Assembly (NCBI GenBank): GCA_963781585.1
Contig: CAWAGQ010000011.1
Location: 32,001 to 96,000, forward strand
Source of the DNA: an uncultured Gemmatimonadaceae bacterium
GTDB taxonomy: Bacteria > Gemmatimonadota > Gemmatimonadetes > Gemmatimonadales > Gemmatimonadaceae
Direction: 5' to 3'
DNA: 64,000 nt
Shown here: positions 9,775-19,573 of the stretch, in pieces
Position numbering within the stretch: the first letter of the stretch is position 1
Layout of the letters: every line of letters starts with the position of its first letter
The notes under the pieces: model-generated
What the model was told of the DNA's origin: nothing
What the model saw: the letters and a program-made list of their open reading frames with translations, nothing else
Databases searched by the model: none
Position numbers and translations under genes: made by a program

Positions 9775-10187
9775 ATCCGGGCGAGGCCCTTCCCTGACTC
9801 CTGTGCCGACAGCCCGGTGCCGATACACCTTATGACGTCAGCCAACAGCCTCGGCACTCAACATGACCGAGTGAGTCGAAGCGCATGGCGCGTAGCGTAT
9901 GTATCATGCCGATCGACCTGATCGGTCGATATCCCGCTTTGGAGCGCTCTTGGAACTAGTCCGCTCGATCGAGGTGCGCGGACGCGCCAGGACGGTATCA
10001 CCGGGCTGAGATCGCGGTTGCGAGCAAGTGTGTCATCGACGCTCGCCGATGGTCTGGTCAGCGTCATTCGAGCTGTGTCGCTTTCAGGGTCAGGTCGCCG
10101 GCAATGCGCTCACCCCCGCCCCTGATCGCCGGTCGCTCAGGACCGAGCAGCGGTGGGGACCAGATTCGCGGCGGCCACTCGTCCGCA

Positions 10188-12092
10188 CTACTGCCGGCGC
10201 CTCTTGGGGTTGAAGCGCTCGAAGCACGCCCGCTCGCGCGATTCGTCCTCGTTCACGCACCGCACATAGTCCCCGTAGTTGCTGTTGGGGAGCGGAAACG
10301 CGAGCTGGTCGAAGGTTTCGAGCCCGACGAAGCCGGCCGCGAGGTTTCCCGGACGGCGCAACCGCAACGACGGCGAGGGGTGCGGTGTGCACAGCAGGAT
10401 CCTGCGCCAGCACGCCTGATGGGCGACCGGCACTTGGAGCACCAGACCGCTCCGGGTCACGAAGGGCTGTGTCTCCGGGTCCGGGAGCGGCTGCAATCCA
10501 TGGTCTGGCCCGGGCTCGACGAGCAGCACCCGTTGGAGTCCCTGGTAGATCGCACTAACGCTGGGAACAGGCCTCGGCGGGTCGCTCCAGACCGCATGGA
10601 GGAGAACCGGAGCAAGGGCGCTGAAGCCCACCAGGAAAATCAACAGCGTGCGCGACAACGCGGGCCTCCACGCCCACACCATCCGCAGGAGTACCGCGCC
10701 GAGGACAGCGGCCAGCGACCACTCGAGCGCAAATCCGAAGCGGTAGGATGGGGCCGTGAAGAACCAGAAGAGGAGTCCCGTGGCGAGCGGGGCACCGAGC
10801 CACATCCACAAGGCGCCCCGGGCACCGCGCCGGACGCCCACCAGGATGATGAGCACCGCCAGCAGCAGGGACAGGACAAGAGGTTCCAGCGTGAGGCCCC
10901 ACAGATAGTAGCGCTCGGTCACCCGGTCCCAGAGGTACGGCAGCCACGACCAGCCAAGTCCGTACGCCGTGTCATCGGCGTATCGCGATCCCTGCGTGAT
11001 CCACCCGGCTTCGGCGACGGCCAGCAGGCGGGGCGCGGTCCAGGGCAGCGGCAGACCGGTCGCCGCGACGGGGTACACGAGATAGCCGCTCAACACCACG
11101 CCATGGAGCATCCATGCCGCAAGGAAGGCCGTCGGGAAAATCAGCGCGCCTGTCCACGAGCGCCATTCAGAGCGGGCTTTCACCCAGGCAAAGACCAGCA
11201 GCAGCACTCCGGCGCCGGCGACGAAACCGGCCGCGCTCGGTTTGCTTAGCAGCGTCAGGGCCAGGAGCAACGCCGTCAGCCGGAACTGCGTCGATCTCGA
11301 CCCGCTCCACTGCTGGCCGTCGTCGCGCAGAAAGTCCAGCAGGGCGACGATCGCCGCCATGAGAAAGATGGCCGTGGCGACGTCCGGCGCGGGGCTGGCG
11401 TTGTTCCTGTCGATCAACAGCTCCACGAAAGCCGGCAGCAGGAAGACGGCGAACAGTGACGATGCGCGTGGCAGCGCGCGCTCCCGGAGCACTCGACCGA
11501 CCGAGCTGAAAGCGGTGAGTGCCATGGTCACGATCAGGACGCTGTTGCAGAAATGACTCGCCCGTCCCTCCAGCCATCCCGAATCGAACAGTGCGCCCCA
11601 CAGCGACGCCACCGAATTGAACGCCATGCGCCCATGCAGGTTGGCGAGGCCCGGAACGGCGGGGTACTGCACGTACCATGCAATGACAGGAATGTGGTAC
11701 ACGGCGGAGTCGTAACGCGTGACCGGGGCCGTCGACCGGTGGGCCGCCCACAGGCAGAAGAGCGCGAACAACGCGCCAACAACTGGTCCCAGGGATCTCG
11801 TTTTCTGCTGGACAAGGTGCCACACGTCGACGCGATGCCTGACGAGACCGACCAGGCCGATGACGAGCACCGTTGCCTGTACGGCGGGACCAATGCGGAT
11901 CGCGAGGTGCGCGGCCAGGAGCACGAACAGGAGCAAGGCCAGCCCGGTCCAGAACAGCCGCGTCACCTCGCTGGGTCGCGTGGTCCGACTGATCACGAAC
12001 GGCCAGGCGAGGGCGCCCCATCCGATGACCGCGCCCACCGACACCAGCCAGACCGCAACGACGAAAGAGATCCCGGTGAGGAACTGGATCAT
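10188..12092 (-). CDS. Polytopic membrane protein, GT-C-like (LIC_10190-type)
   Basis: Many TM helices, loop YDSAVYH..W....P.VPGLANLHGRMAFNS, SGYLVYP, APSYRFG. ATGA-coupled to the upstream sulfatase-like gene. Confidence 0.7.
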   Translation of the reverse strand: MIQFLTGISFVVAVWLVSVGAVIGWGALAWPFVISRTTRPSEVTRLFWTGLALLLFVLLAAHLAIRIGPAVQATVLVIGLVGLVRHRVDVWHLVQQKTRSLGPVVGALFALFCLWAAHRSTAPVTRYDSAVYHIPVIAWYVQYPAVPGLANLHGRMAFNSVASLWGALFDSGWLEGRASHFCNSVLIVTMALTAFSSVGRVLRERALPRASSLFAVFLLPAFVELLIDRNNASPAPDVATAIFLMAAIVALLDFLRDDGQQWSGSRSTQFRLTALLLALTLLSKPSAAGFVAGAGVLLLVFAWVKARSEWRSWTGALIFPTAFLAAWMLHGVVLSGYLVYPVAATGLPLPWTAPRLLAVAEAGWITQGSRYADDTAYGLGWSWLPYLWDRVTERYYLWGLTLEPLVLSLLLAVLIILVGVRRGARGALWMWLGAPLATGLLFWFFTAPSYRFGFALEWSLAAVLGAVLLRMVWAWRPALSRTLLIFLVGFSALAPVLLHAVWSDPPRPVPSVSAIYQGLQRVLLVEPGPDHGLQPLPDPETQPFVTRSGLVLQVPVAHQACWRRILLCTPHPSPSLRLRRPGNLAAGFVGLETFDQLAFPLPNSNYGDYVRCVNEDESRERACFERFNPKRRRQ

Positions 12093-14011
12093 GGCACGGC
12101 GGGCCAGGGCCACGCGCGTGCATCCCGACGGCCAACGGATCGCCACTGCAGTCCCTCCGCGCGTACCGCGGAGTCCAGCTCGTTTGCCCAGGCCACCGTG
12201 TCGGCCCCGGGGACGACCAGGTTCTGATCCTCGAACACGTCGGTGCGATACCGGAACACCGACAGCCGCCCGTCACCGTCCCGAATGATGTGCAGCGAGT
12301 CGGTCACGACGCTTTTCATCGGGCCGTGGCTGTGCAGCAATCCCGTCGTCACGCCGATCTCCTGATCGAGTTCTGCCAGTACCGTACCGCCTGCCCGCGC
12401 CGACGGGTTGCGCCAGAGGGGCACCAGCGACGCGCCGGGGAAGGAGTCGGCGCCGGAAACGTCGGCCAGGGTAAGCAACGTACGCGGCAGGCTCCGGAGG
12501 GATACCTGCCGCTGCACTCGAGCAGGCGGTTCATCAGGGACAAAGATGACCAGGGGGACGTGCAGCACCTGCTCGTACAGACTGTTCCCGTGGAACATGC
12601 GCTGATGTTCGCCGAATTGTTCGCCATGATCCGATGTGATGACGACGATCGTATGTGCCAGCGCTCCGGAGCGATCCAGTGCCTGAAACAGGCGTTCGAG
12701 CTCGGTGTCGAGTCGTCGAATCGCGCCCTCGTACTGCGACCGGGTATTCGGCCGAGCGTCGCTCAGCGCGCCCTTGCTTGCGGGGCCGAGATAGGGAGTG
12801 TGGGCATCGAACAGGTTGAGAAACGCGAACCAGGGCCGTCCGGCCTCGAGGCGACCCTGCCAGCGCAGGAACTCGTCGATCGTTGTGTGTGCGGTAACCC
12901 GATGGTGAGTGATCTCGTTGGCGACCGGCTGAAAGTCATTTGCCCAGAGGTGACGCGCGATCTGGCGAAGAGACCGCCGGCGGGCCATGTCCTGCGCGAT
13001 GCGGAGGACGAGGTCGGCCTGCGTAACGGTCGTGTGACGCACGATCTCGGCGAGCGAGCGGCGCATGGCGCGATAGGTGATGAATCCCTGTTCGAGGCCA
13101 CTGCCGGCGCCGGTGACGATCACGTTGCCGGTGAAACCGCCGGTGGCCCACCCGTGGGCCCGAAAGACTTCAGCGAGGGTCACCGCGTCAGGTGAGAGCG
13201 GCGTGAGGAAGTTGACCCCGGTTTCGGTGGCGTTCCGTCCGGTGAAGATCGACGCGTGCGACGGCATCGTCCACGGCGCTGTGGAGTAGGCCTGCTCGAA
13301 GACTACGGCACCGGTGGCGCGCCGGGCGATCGCCGGCATCGTCAGCGGAGCGCCGCCCCCAAGGCCGGTGCTCGACTCCCGGACCGTGTCGAGTATGATG
13401 AGCAACACATTGGACACGCCTGGAGGAGCGGCGGCGAGCGCCTGGAGCGCCGCCGCCTCGCGTTGAGGCGGCACGACCGTCCGCCAGAGCCACGCGGCGA
13501 GTGCAGCGGCGCCGAGCCCGACGACGGTTACCGTGGCCCCGCGCCGCAGCAGCGCGTCGCGTCGCGCCAGTCGCGGGGCGAGAAATGCTCCAACGCCGGC
13601 CGCCAGAACCATCGACGCGTAGCCGTGCATCTGCGTGACGAGCAGCAGAATCGCAAACGTGCCGACCGCGATCCAGACCCCGGTTACTGTTTGGAGGCGG
13701 ATGCCGTCGCGACGGACTGCGGCGATCAGCGCCATCAGTGCCGCGAGCGGAAGGAACACCAGCACATACCCGGCGGGAAGCATCCACAACTCGTCAGGCG
13801 ACGCCCACGGATAGCGGAAGACGCTGTACCCGATGGGACGCAGGTGGATGAGCGCGAGATGGATCGCAGCCGTCAGGAGCGCGGACGCCGCTCCGAGAAG
13901 CAGTTGCGTTCGAGCACGCCGAAGGCCGGTCGACGTCTGCCCGTCGATGACGATGTGCTCCGTGAGCGGCGCGGAACGCGCGATCGACCGCCGCGCGTTA
14001 TCGTTATGCAT
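12089..14011 (-). CDS. Membrane-anchored sulfatase-like (alkaline phosphatase superfamily) protein
   Basis: About five N-terminal TM helices, LIILDTVR, WTMPSHASIFTG, DAHTPY, TSDHGE, HGNSLY. Confidence 0.88.
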   Translation of the reverse strand: MHNDNARRSIARSAPLTEHIVIDGQTSTGLRRARTQLLLGAASALLTAAIHLALIHLRPIGYSVFRYPWASPDELWMLPAGYVLVFLPLAALMALIAAVRRDGIRLQTVTGVWIAVGTFAILLLVTQMHGYASMVLAAGVGAFLAPRLARRDALLRRGATVTVVGLGAAALAAWLWRTVVPPQREAAALQALAAAPPGVSNVLLIILDTVRESSTGLGGGAPLTMPAIARRATGAVVFEQAYSTAPWTMPSHASIFTGRNATETGVNFLTPLSPDAVTLAEVFRAHGWATGGFTGNVIVTGAGSGLEQGFITYRAMRRSLAEIVRHTTVTQADLVLRIAQDMARRRSLRQIARHLWANDFQPVANEITHHRVTAHTTIDEFLRWQGRLEAGRPWFAFLNLFDAHTPYLGPASKGALSDARPNTRSQYEGAIRRLDTELERLFQALDRSGALAHTIVVITSDHGEQFGEHQRMFHGNSLYEQVLHVPLVIFVPDEPPARVQRQVSLRSLPRTLLTLADVSGADSFPGASLVPLWRNPSARAGGTVLAELDQEIGVTTGLLHSHGPMKSVVTDSLHIIRDGDGRLSVFRYRTDVFEDQNLVVPGADTVAWANELDSAVRAEGLQWRSVGRRDARAWPWPAVP

Positions 14012-14173
14012 GCCGAAAATGTACCGGGTGGCGGAGCGACGCCAGAGAACGCCCGAGCACGGGTGCCCGCTCTGGTCGAGCCCGCCACGACATGGTGCCG
14101 GCCATGCCGCGGCGGTGAAGGGATACGGTCCACCCGCCAGTCGTCTGCTCGACCTCCGGCGCGTGGGGCGCGC

Positions 14174-14608
14174 ATGACCGGCGGTGGGTGGCTCCTGGTC
14201 ACCGCTCTCGCCGCCGTCGCCCTCGCCTACGTCGTGTATCGCCTTCTCGAGACGCGCGCACGGCTACGGTTCGAGGAATGGAAGGCGGCCCACAGCCAGG
14301 CAATCAGTCGTGGCGCCATCAGGGGGAGTCAGGCCGCGGTTGCCGGGAGGGTCTTCGAGCGGGTCGCGCCCTACCTGCCGGACTTCGGCTACAATCCGCG
14401 AGACGTTCGCTTCATCGGGGACCCCGTTGATTTCGTGGTATTCGATGGACTGAGCGAAGGCAACGTGAGGAATGTGGTGTTCATCGAGGTGAAGACCGGT
14501 GCGGGTGATCTCAACGGCAACGAGCGCAGGGTGAAGCGCGCGATCCTCGAGCACCGGGTCGAGTGGTCGCTGTTTCGCATTCCGGACGGGCAACGCGGAG
14601 AGACATGA
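14174..14608 (+). CDS. Holliday-junction-resolvase-like PD-(D/E)xK endonuclease with N-terminal TM helix
   Basis: E.VAPYLPDF.YNPRD.RFIGDPVDFVVFDG..VFIEVKTG, typical of the Endonuc_Holl family. Confidence 0.85.
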   Translation: MTGGGWLLVTALAAVALAYVVYRLLETRARLRFEEWKAAHSQAISRGAIRGSQAAVAGRVFERVAPYLPDFGYNPRDVRFIGDPVDFVVFDGLSEGNVRNVVFIEVKTGAGDLNGNERRVKRAILEHRVEWSLFRIPDGQRGET

Positions 14609-15144
14609 CTATGCTACGTCTCGCTGTTCAGATGTTCGCCGTCGCCATCCTTCTTTCGTGCGAGGCGACCGCGCAGGGGTCACCCCTCACGCTGCTGGAC
14701 TATCACACCAGCGCGCCCGCCAACTGGGTCGCTCGCCCGCCGGCGTCCTCGTCGCGCCTCGCCCAATTCGTCGTTCCGGGACCGACGCTGGCCGACAGTT
14801 CCGAGGTCGTCGTCTTCTATTTCGGAGCCGCGCAGGGCGGGAACATCGATGTGAATCTGGAACGCTGGAGGAGTCAGTTTTCGACACCGGACGGTTCACC
14901 GGTCCCGGAGCAGGTGACACGCGACTCGACCGGCGCGTTCCCGATCACGATCGCCGAGTTCCGCGGGTCGTATCGACGGGGGATCGGCGCGGGGTCCGCC
15001 GACTCGGTGCGCACGGGGCAGACGCTGGTGGCGACGATCGTGGAGACGCCACGCGGCACGCTCTTCATTCAACTCTTCGGGCCGTCGGACCCGGTGGCGC
15101 GTGAACGCGAGCCGTTCCTGCGATTTGTCAGGGAGTTGAAGTAG
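14605..15144 (+). CDS. Exported conserved hypothetical protein
   Basis: Signal peptide, SRLAQF, VFYFG..QGG....NLERWRSQF. ATGA overlap with the upstream gene. Confidence 0.7.
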   Translation: MTMLRLAVQMFAVAILLSCEATAQGSPLTLLDYHTSAPANWVARPPASSSRLAQFVVPGPTLADSSEVVVFYFGAAQGGNIDVNLERWRSQFSTPDGSPVPEQVTRDSTGAFPITIAEFRGSYRRGIGAGSADSVRTGQTLVATIVETPRGTLFIQLFGPSDPVAREREPFLRFVRELK

Positions 15145-15273
15145 CGTCGCGGCCGCGCCGACCATGGGCGGGCGCCACACTCGGGCTGCGGTGCGATATT
15201 CTTCCCGGGAGACATGGTGGCTCCGGCGTCGGCGCGCCCGCCGGCCGGGCCACTTAACCGAGAGGAACGTTCC

Positions 15274-15981
15274 ATGCACCGCGAGAATGATTCAGGCTCA
15301 CGGCGCGATTTCGTGACGGGCGTTGGACGGCTCGCATCGGTCATGGCGCTTGGTGGCTATGCGATGCCGGAGCCGGCTGCAGCGGGCGGTGAGCGCGCGA
15401 TTCCACGATGGGTGATGGCCGAGGATTGGGATCTGTCGTGGATCGATCGCCTCGCTACCGCGACCGACCGCGCCATCTTCGATTGGCCGAGCGTCGGCAA
15501 TCCGTCGGACCCCATCGTGCTGGAGATCGCCGCGCGCTATCTCGACAACTGCGCGGCCGCGTACGGCTCCCGCCGATACGAAGCGCGTGCGGTACTGAAC
15601 ATCCGTACGACGGCCATCCCGGCCGCGCTGAACGACGAGGCATGGCATCGTCACGCGCTGGGTGTCGAGTACAAGGTCTCCGATCCGTTCACGCAGCAGC
15701 CCGCCGTTCGGAATCCGTTCTGGCATCGCGCGCCCGCTCCCTCGCCCACGGTGACGCTCCCCAGCCTCGAGGATCTGATGCAGCGCGGGTCCATCGTGCT
15801 GGTCTGCGATTTCGCGCTGGGTCATCTTGCCGCGCGGCTGGCCGGCAAGACCGGCCAATCCGCCGATGAGGTGCATCAGGATCTGCGGGGCTCGTTCGTC
15901 CCCGGCGCGTTCGCGGTGCCATCCGGCATCTTCGGCCTCGCGCGGTCGCAGAACGCCGGCTGCGCGTTCGTGCGCATGTGA
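15274..15981 (+). CDS. Tat-exported DsrE-like protein
   Basis: Twin-arginine SRRDFV signal, VLVCDFAL, C-terminal VPSGI..L...QNAGCAF. AGAGG SD. Confidence 0.7.
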   Translation: MHRENDSGSRRDFVTGVGRLASVMALGGYAMPEPAAAGGERAIPRWVMAEDWDLSWIDRLATATDRAIFDWPSVGNPSDPIVLEIAARYLDNCAAAYGSRRYEARAVLNIRTTAIPAALNDEAWHRHALGVEYKVSDPFTQQPAVRNPFWHRAPAPSPTVTLPSLEDLMQRGSIVLVCDFALGHLAARLAGKTGQSADEVHQDLRGSFVPGAFAVPSGIFGLARSQNAGCAFVRM

Positions 15982-16415
15982 CCGACTTCCACCCGAGCGA
16001 GACGATGAGCGGCTCAATAGGTCTTACGGTCGAACTTCCCGTTGGGTTTGCGGCGGCCGTCACCCGCACTCGTGAGGCGCTCAAGGCCGAGGGCTTTGGG
16101 ATACTCACCGAGATCGATCTGGCTGCGGCGTTCCGCGAGAAGCTGGGTCGCGAGTTTCGCCCGTATGTCATTCTCGGGGCGTGCAATCCGCCGCTCGCCT
16201 ATGCGGCCATCAACGCGGATCCTGCCGTGGGACTTCTGCTGCCGTGCAACGTCACGGTGGAGGCCAGCGGGGCGGATCGCGCCACGGTCCGACTGACCGA
16301 TCCCACGGCGTTGCTGGCTGGGATCACCGCAGGGCCGGAGCTGGAGCGGGTGGCGCAGGACGCGCGGACGCGGCTGCTCCGGGTGCGCGACGATCTGGTG
16401 CGGCACGCCGGCTGA
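15978..16415 (+). CDS. DUF302 domain-containing protein
   Basis: [31 protein letters not shown]. Alternative start ATG 16005. Confidence 0.9.
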   Translation: MTDFHPSETMSGSIGLTVELPVGFAAAVTRTREALKAEGFGILTEIDLAAAFREKLGREFRPYVILGACNPPLAYAAINADPAVGLLLPCNVTVEASGADRATVRLTDPTALLAGITAGPELERVAQDARTRLLRVRDDLVRHAG

Positions 16416-16482
16416 CTCCGCTACGAAAGCCGCGACGTCGGGGGTCACGCGGTTACCTTCGGAGAAACACTCCGCTCCGGCC

Positions 16483-18903
16483 ATGCCTCAGCCCCTCACG
16501 CGAAGCCTCCTCGATCGGATGAACGCCTACTGGCGTGCCGCGAACTATCTGTCGGTGGGCCAGATCTACCTGTTCGACAACCCGCTGCTCCGCACGCCGC
16601 TCAGGCCCGCGCACATCAAGCCGCGGCTGCTGGGCCACTGGGGCACCACGCCCGGGCTCAACTTCATCTACGTCCATCTCAACCGCGTCATCACTCGTCA
16701 CGACGCGGACATGCTGCTGGTGGTGGGCCCCGGTCATGGCGGTCCCGGCATCGTGGCCAATACCTACCTCGAGGGAACCTACAGCGAGCTCTATCCGAAC
16801 GTGTCGCCCGACGAGCACGGGATGAAACGGCTCTTCACCCAGTTCTCGTTTCCCGGTGGCATTCCCAGTCACTGCGCGCCGGAAACGCCGGGGTCGATCA
16901 ACGAAGGCGGGGAGCTGGGCTACAGCCTGGCACACGCGTACGGCGCGGCGTTCGACAATCCCAACCTCCTGGTCGCGTGCATCATCGGCGACGGCGAAGC
17001 GGAGACCGGCGCCCTCGCCACCTCGTGGCACTCCAACAAGTTCCTCAACCCCGAGCGCGACGGCGCGGTGTTACCGATCCTGCATCTCAACGGCTACAAG
17101 ATCGCGAATCCAACGGTGCTGGCCCGCATCGACCGGGAGGAGCTGGGGCGGCTGCTGCGCGGCTGCGGGTACGAGCCGATCTTCATTGAAGGGCACGAGC
17201 CGGCGAAGATGCACCAGTCGATGGCGGGGGCCCTCGACAGGGCAGTGAAGCGGATCAGGACGATTCAGTCGGACGCGCGGGCCACGGGATTCCGGCACCG
17301 TCCCGTCTGGCCGGTGATCGTCCTCGCGACGCCCAAGGGGTGGACCGGTCCAAGGGTCGTCGACGGCGTGCGCGTGGAAGGGACCTTTCGCGCGCATCAG
17401 GTGCCGCTGGCCGAAGTCCGAACCAACCCGCGTCACCTCCGACTGCTCGAGCGGTGGATGAAGAGCTACCGGCCGCGCGAATTGTTCGACACGAACGGAG
17501 CGTTCCGGTCGGAGCTGGCCGCGCTCGCGCCGAAAGGCGACCGCCGACTGGGCGCCAACCCGCACGCCAACGGCGGCCGGCTGCTCCGCGATCTGCGGAT
17601 GCCCGACTTTCGTGAGTACGCGGTCGCCGTCTCCGGACCTGGCGTGGTTCGCGCCGAAGCGACGCGCATCACCGGGGCGTTCCTGCGCGACGTAATGAAG
17701 GCGAACTGGGACGACCGCAACTTCCGTGTCTTCGGCGCCGACGAGACCGCGTCCAATCGCCTCACCCATCTGTTCGACATCACCGATCGCGAATCGACCG
17801 CCGAGATCCTGAAAAGCGACGACCACGTGTCACCGGATGGCCGCGTGATGGAAGTGCTGAGCGAGCATCTGTGCCAGGGTTGGCTCGAGGGATATCTCCT
17901 GACCGGACGCCACGGCTTCTTCTCGTGCTACGAGGCCTTCATCCACATCGTCGATTCGATGTTCAACCAGCACGCGAAGTGGCTCAAGGTCACGCGGACC
18001 ATTCCGTGGCGGCACCCCATCGCGTCGCTGAACTACCTGCTCACGTCGCACGTCTGGCGACAGGACCACAACGGCTTCAGCCATCAGGATCCCGGGTTCA
18101 TCGACCACGTGGTCAACAAGAAAGCCGATGTAATCCGGGTCTACCTGCCGCCCGACGCCAACAGTCTGCTCTCGGTGGTGGACCATTGCCTGCGCAGCCG
18201 GCACTACGTCAACGTGATCGTTGCCGGGAAACAACCGGAGCTGCAATGGCTCGACATGGACCAGGCGGTCCGGCACTGCACCGCCGGGATCGGCATCTTC
18301 GAGTGGGCAAGTACCGATCGGGATGGCGAACCCGACGTGGTGATGGCGTGCGCGGGCGATGTCCCCACCCTCGAGACGCTGGCGGCGGTGGAGCTCCTGC
18401 GACTCCACTTCCCGACGCTCAAGGTGCGGGTAGTGAATGTGGTGGATCTGATGACGCTCCAGCCGCAGAGCGAGCATCCGCACGGACTGAGCGACCGGGA
18501 TTTCGACACGCTCTTTACCAGCAGCAAGCCGATCATCTTTGCCTTTCACGGCTACCCGTGGCTCATCCATCGTCTGACCTATCGCCGAACGAATCACGCC
18601 AACCTGCACGTTCGCGGCTACAAGGAAGAGGGGACGACCACGACGCCGTTCGACATGGTGGTGATGAACGATCTGGACCGGTTTCACCTCGTGGGCGACG
18701 TAATCGACCGGGTCCCTCAACTGGGGCCGCGTGCCGCCTACGTGAAGCAGTTCATCCGCGACAAGCTGCTGGACCACAAGCGCTACGTGCGGACGTACGG
18801 TCAGGACATGCCGGAGATCCGCGACTGGCACTGGAATACCGGCGTCCGCGCCCCTGTGCCTCCAGCACGTCGCCGCCGGACCACCGCGAGCCGGGCGCGC
18901 TGA
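16483..18903 (+). CDS. xfp: Phosphoketolase (xylulose-5-P/fructose-6-P)
   Basis: [25 protein letters not shown] motif [32 protein letters not shown]. Confidence 0.97.
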   Translation: MPQPLTRSLLDRMNAYWRAANYLSVGQIYLFDNPLLRTPLRPAHIKPRLLGHWGTTPGLNFIYVHLNRVITRHDADMLLVVGPGHGGPGIVANTYLEGTYSELYPNVSPDEHGMKRLFTQFSFPGGIPSHCAPETPGSINEGGELGYSLAHAYGAAFDNPNLLVACIIGDGEAETGALATSWHSNKFLNPERDGAVLPILHLNGYKIANPTVLARIDREELGRLLRGCGYEPIFIEGHEPAKMHQSMAGALDRAVKRIRTIQSDARATGFRHRPVWPVIVLATPKGWTGPRVVDGVRVEGTFRAHQVPLAEVRTNPRHLRLLERWMKSYRPRELFDTNGAFRSELAALAPKGDRRLGANPHANGGRLLRDLRMPDFREYAVAVSGPGVVRAEATRITGAFLRDVMKANWDDRNFRVFGADETASNRLTHLFDITDRESTAEILKSDDHVSPDGRVMEVLSEHLCQGWLEGYLLTGRHGFFSCYEAFIHIVDSMFNQHAKWLKVTRTIPWRHPIASLNYLLTSHVWRQDHNGFSHQDPGFIDHVVNKKADVIRVYLPPDANSLLSVVDHCLRSRHYVNVIVAGKQPELQWLDMDQAVRHCTAGIGIFEWASTDRDGEPDVVMACAGDVPTLETLAAVELLRLHFPTLKVRVVNVVDLMTLQPQSEHPHGLSDRDFDTLFTSSKPIIFAFHGYPWLIHRLTYRRTNHANLHVRGYKEEGTTTTPFDMVVMNDLDRFHLVGDVIDRVPQLGPRAAYVKQFIRDKLLDHKRYVRTYGQDMPEIRDWHWNTGVRAPVPPARRRRTTASRAR

Positions 18904-18904
18904 C

Positions 18905-19573
18905 GTGGATGGCGATCTGGTGTTCCTGCTCGACGTGGACAACACGCTGCTCGACAACGATGTCATCGAGCAGGACCTGCGGCGTCATCTCGATGCGGCG
19001 TTCGGCGCAGCCTGCGAAGCCGAGTACTGGCGGATCTTCGAGCAGCTGCGGACGGAACTCGGCTACGCGGACTACCTCGGCGCGCTGCAGCGGTACCGGC
19101 TGGAGCACGTCCAGGATCCGCAGATCCTGACCATCTCGCTGTTCCTGCTGGATTACCCGTTCGCGGACCGGCTGTACGCTGGAGCGATCGACGTGATCGA
19201 CCGCCTTCGCCAGCACGGCACGGTGGTCATCGTGTCCGACGGCGACGTCGTCTTCCAGCCGCGCAAGATCGAGCGATCGGGGCTCTGGAGCGCGGTGACG
19301 GGGAACGTCCTGATCTACATCCACAAGGAACAGAGGCTCGACGACATCGCGCAGCGATACCCGGCCCGCCACTACGTGATGGTCGATGACAAGCTGCGCA
19401 TCCACTCGGCGATCAAGCAGAGGTGGGGCGAGCGGGTGACGACCGTCTTTGTGCGGCAGGGTCACTACGCGCTGAATCCAGCGATCATGGCACAGTACCC
19501 GGCGGCGGACCGGACGGTGGAGCGGATCGCCGATCTGTCGTGGGACGCTACGTCGATCCCGGGTCGCCGCTGA
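18905..19573 (+). CDS. HAD family hydrolase
   Basis: LLDVDNTLLD (DxD), SDGD, MVDDK. Starts directly after xfp. Confidence 0.88.
   Translation: MDGDLVFLLDVDNTLLDNDVIEQDLRRHLDAAFGAACEAEYWRIFEQLRTELGYADYLGALQRYRLEHVQDPQILTISLFLLDYPFADRLYAGAIDVIDRLRQHGTVVIVSDGDVVFQPRKIERSGLWSAVTGNVLIYIHKEQRLDDIAQRYPARHYVMVDDKLRIHSAIKQRWGERVTTVFVRQGHYALNPAIMAQYPAADRTVERIADLSWDATSIPGRR

Noticed and set aside
13256..14173. Long N-terminal extension of the resolvase-like ORF
   Set aside because: It overlaps the sulfatase-like gene on the opposite strand. The real start is probably ATG 14174.
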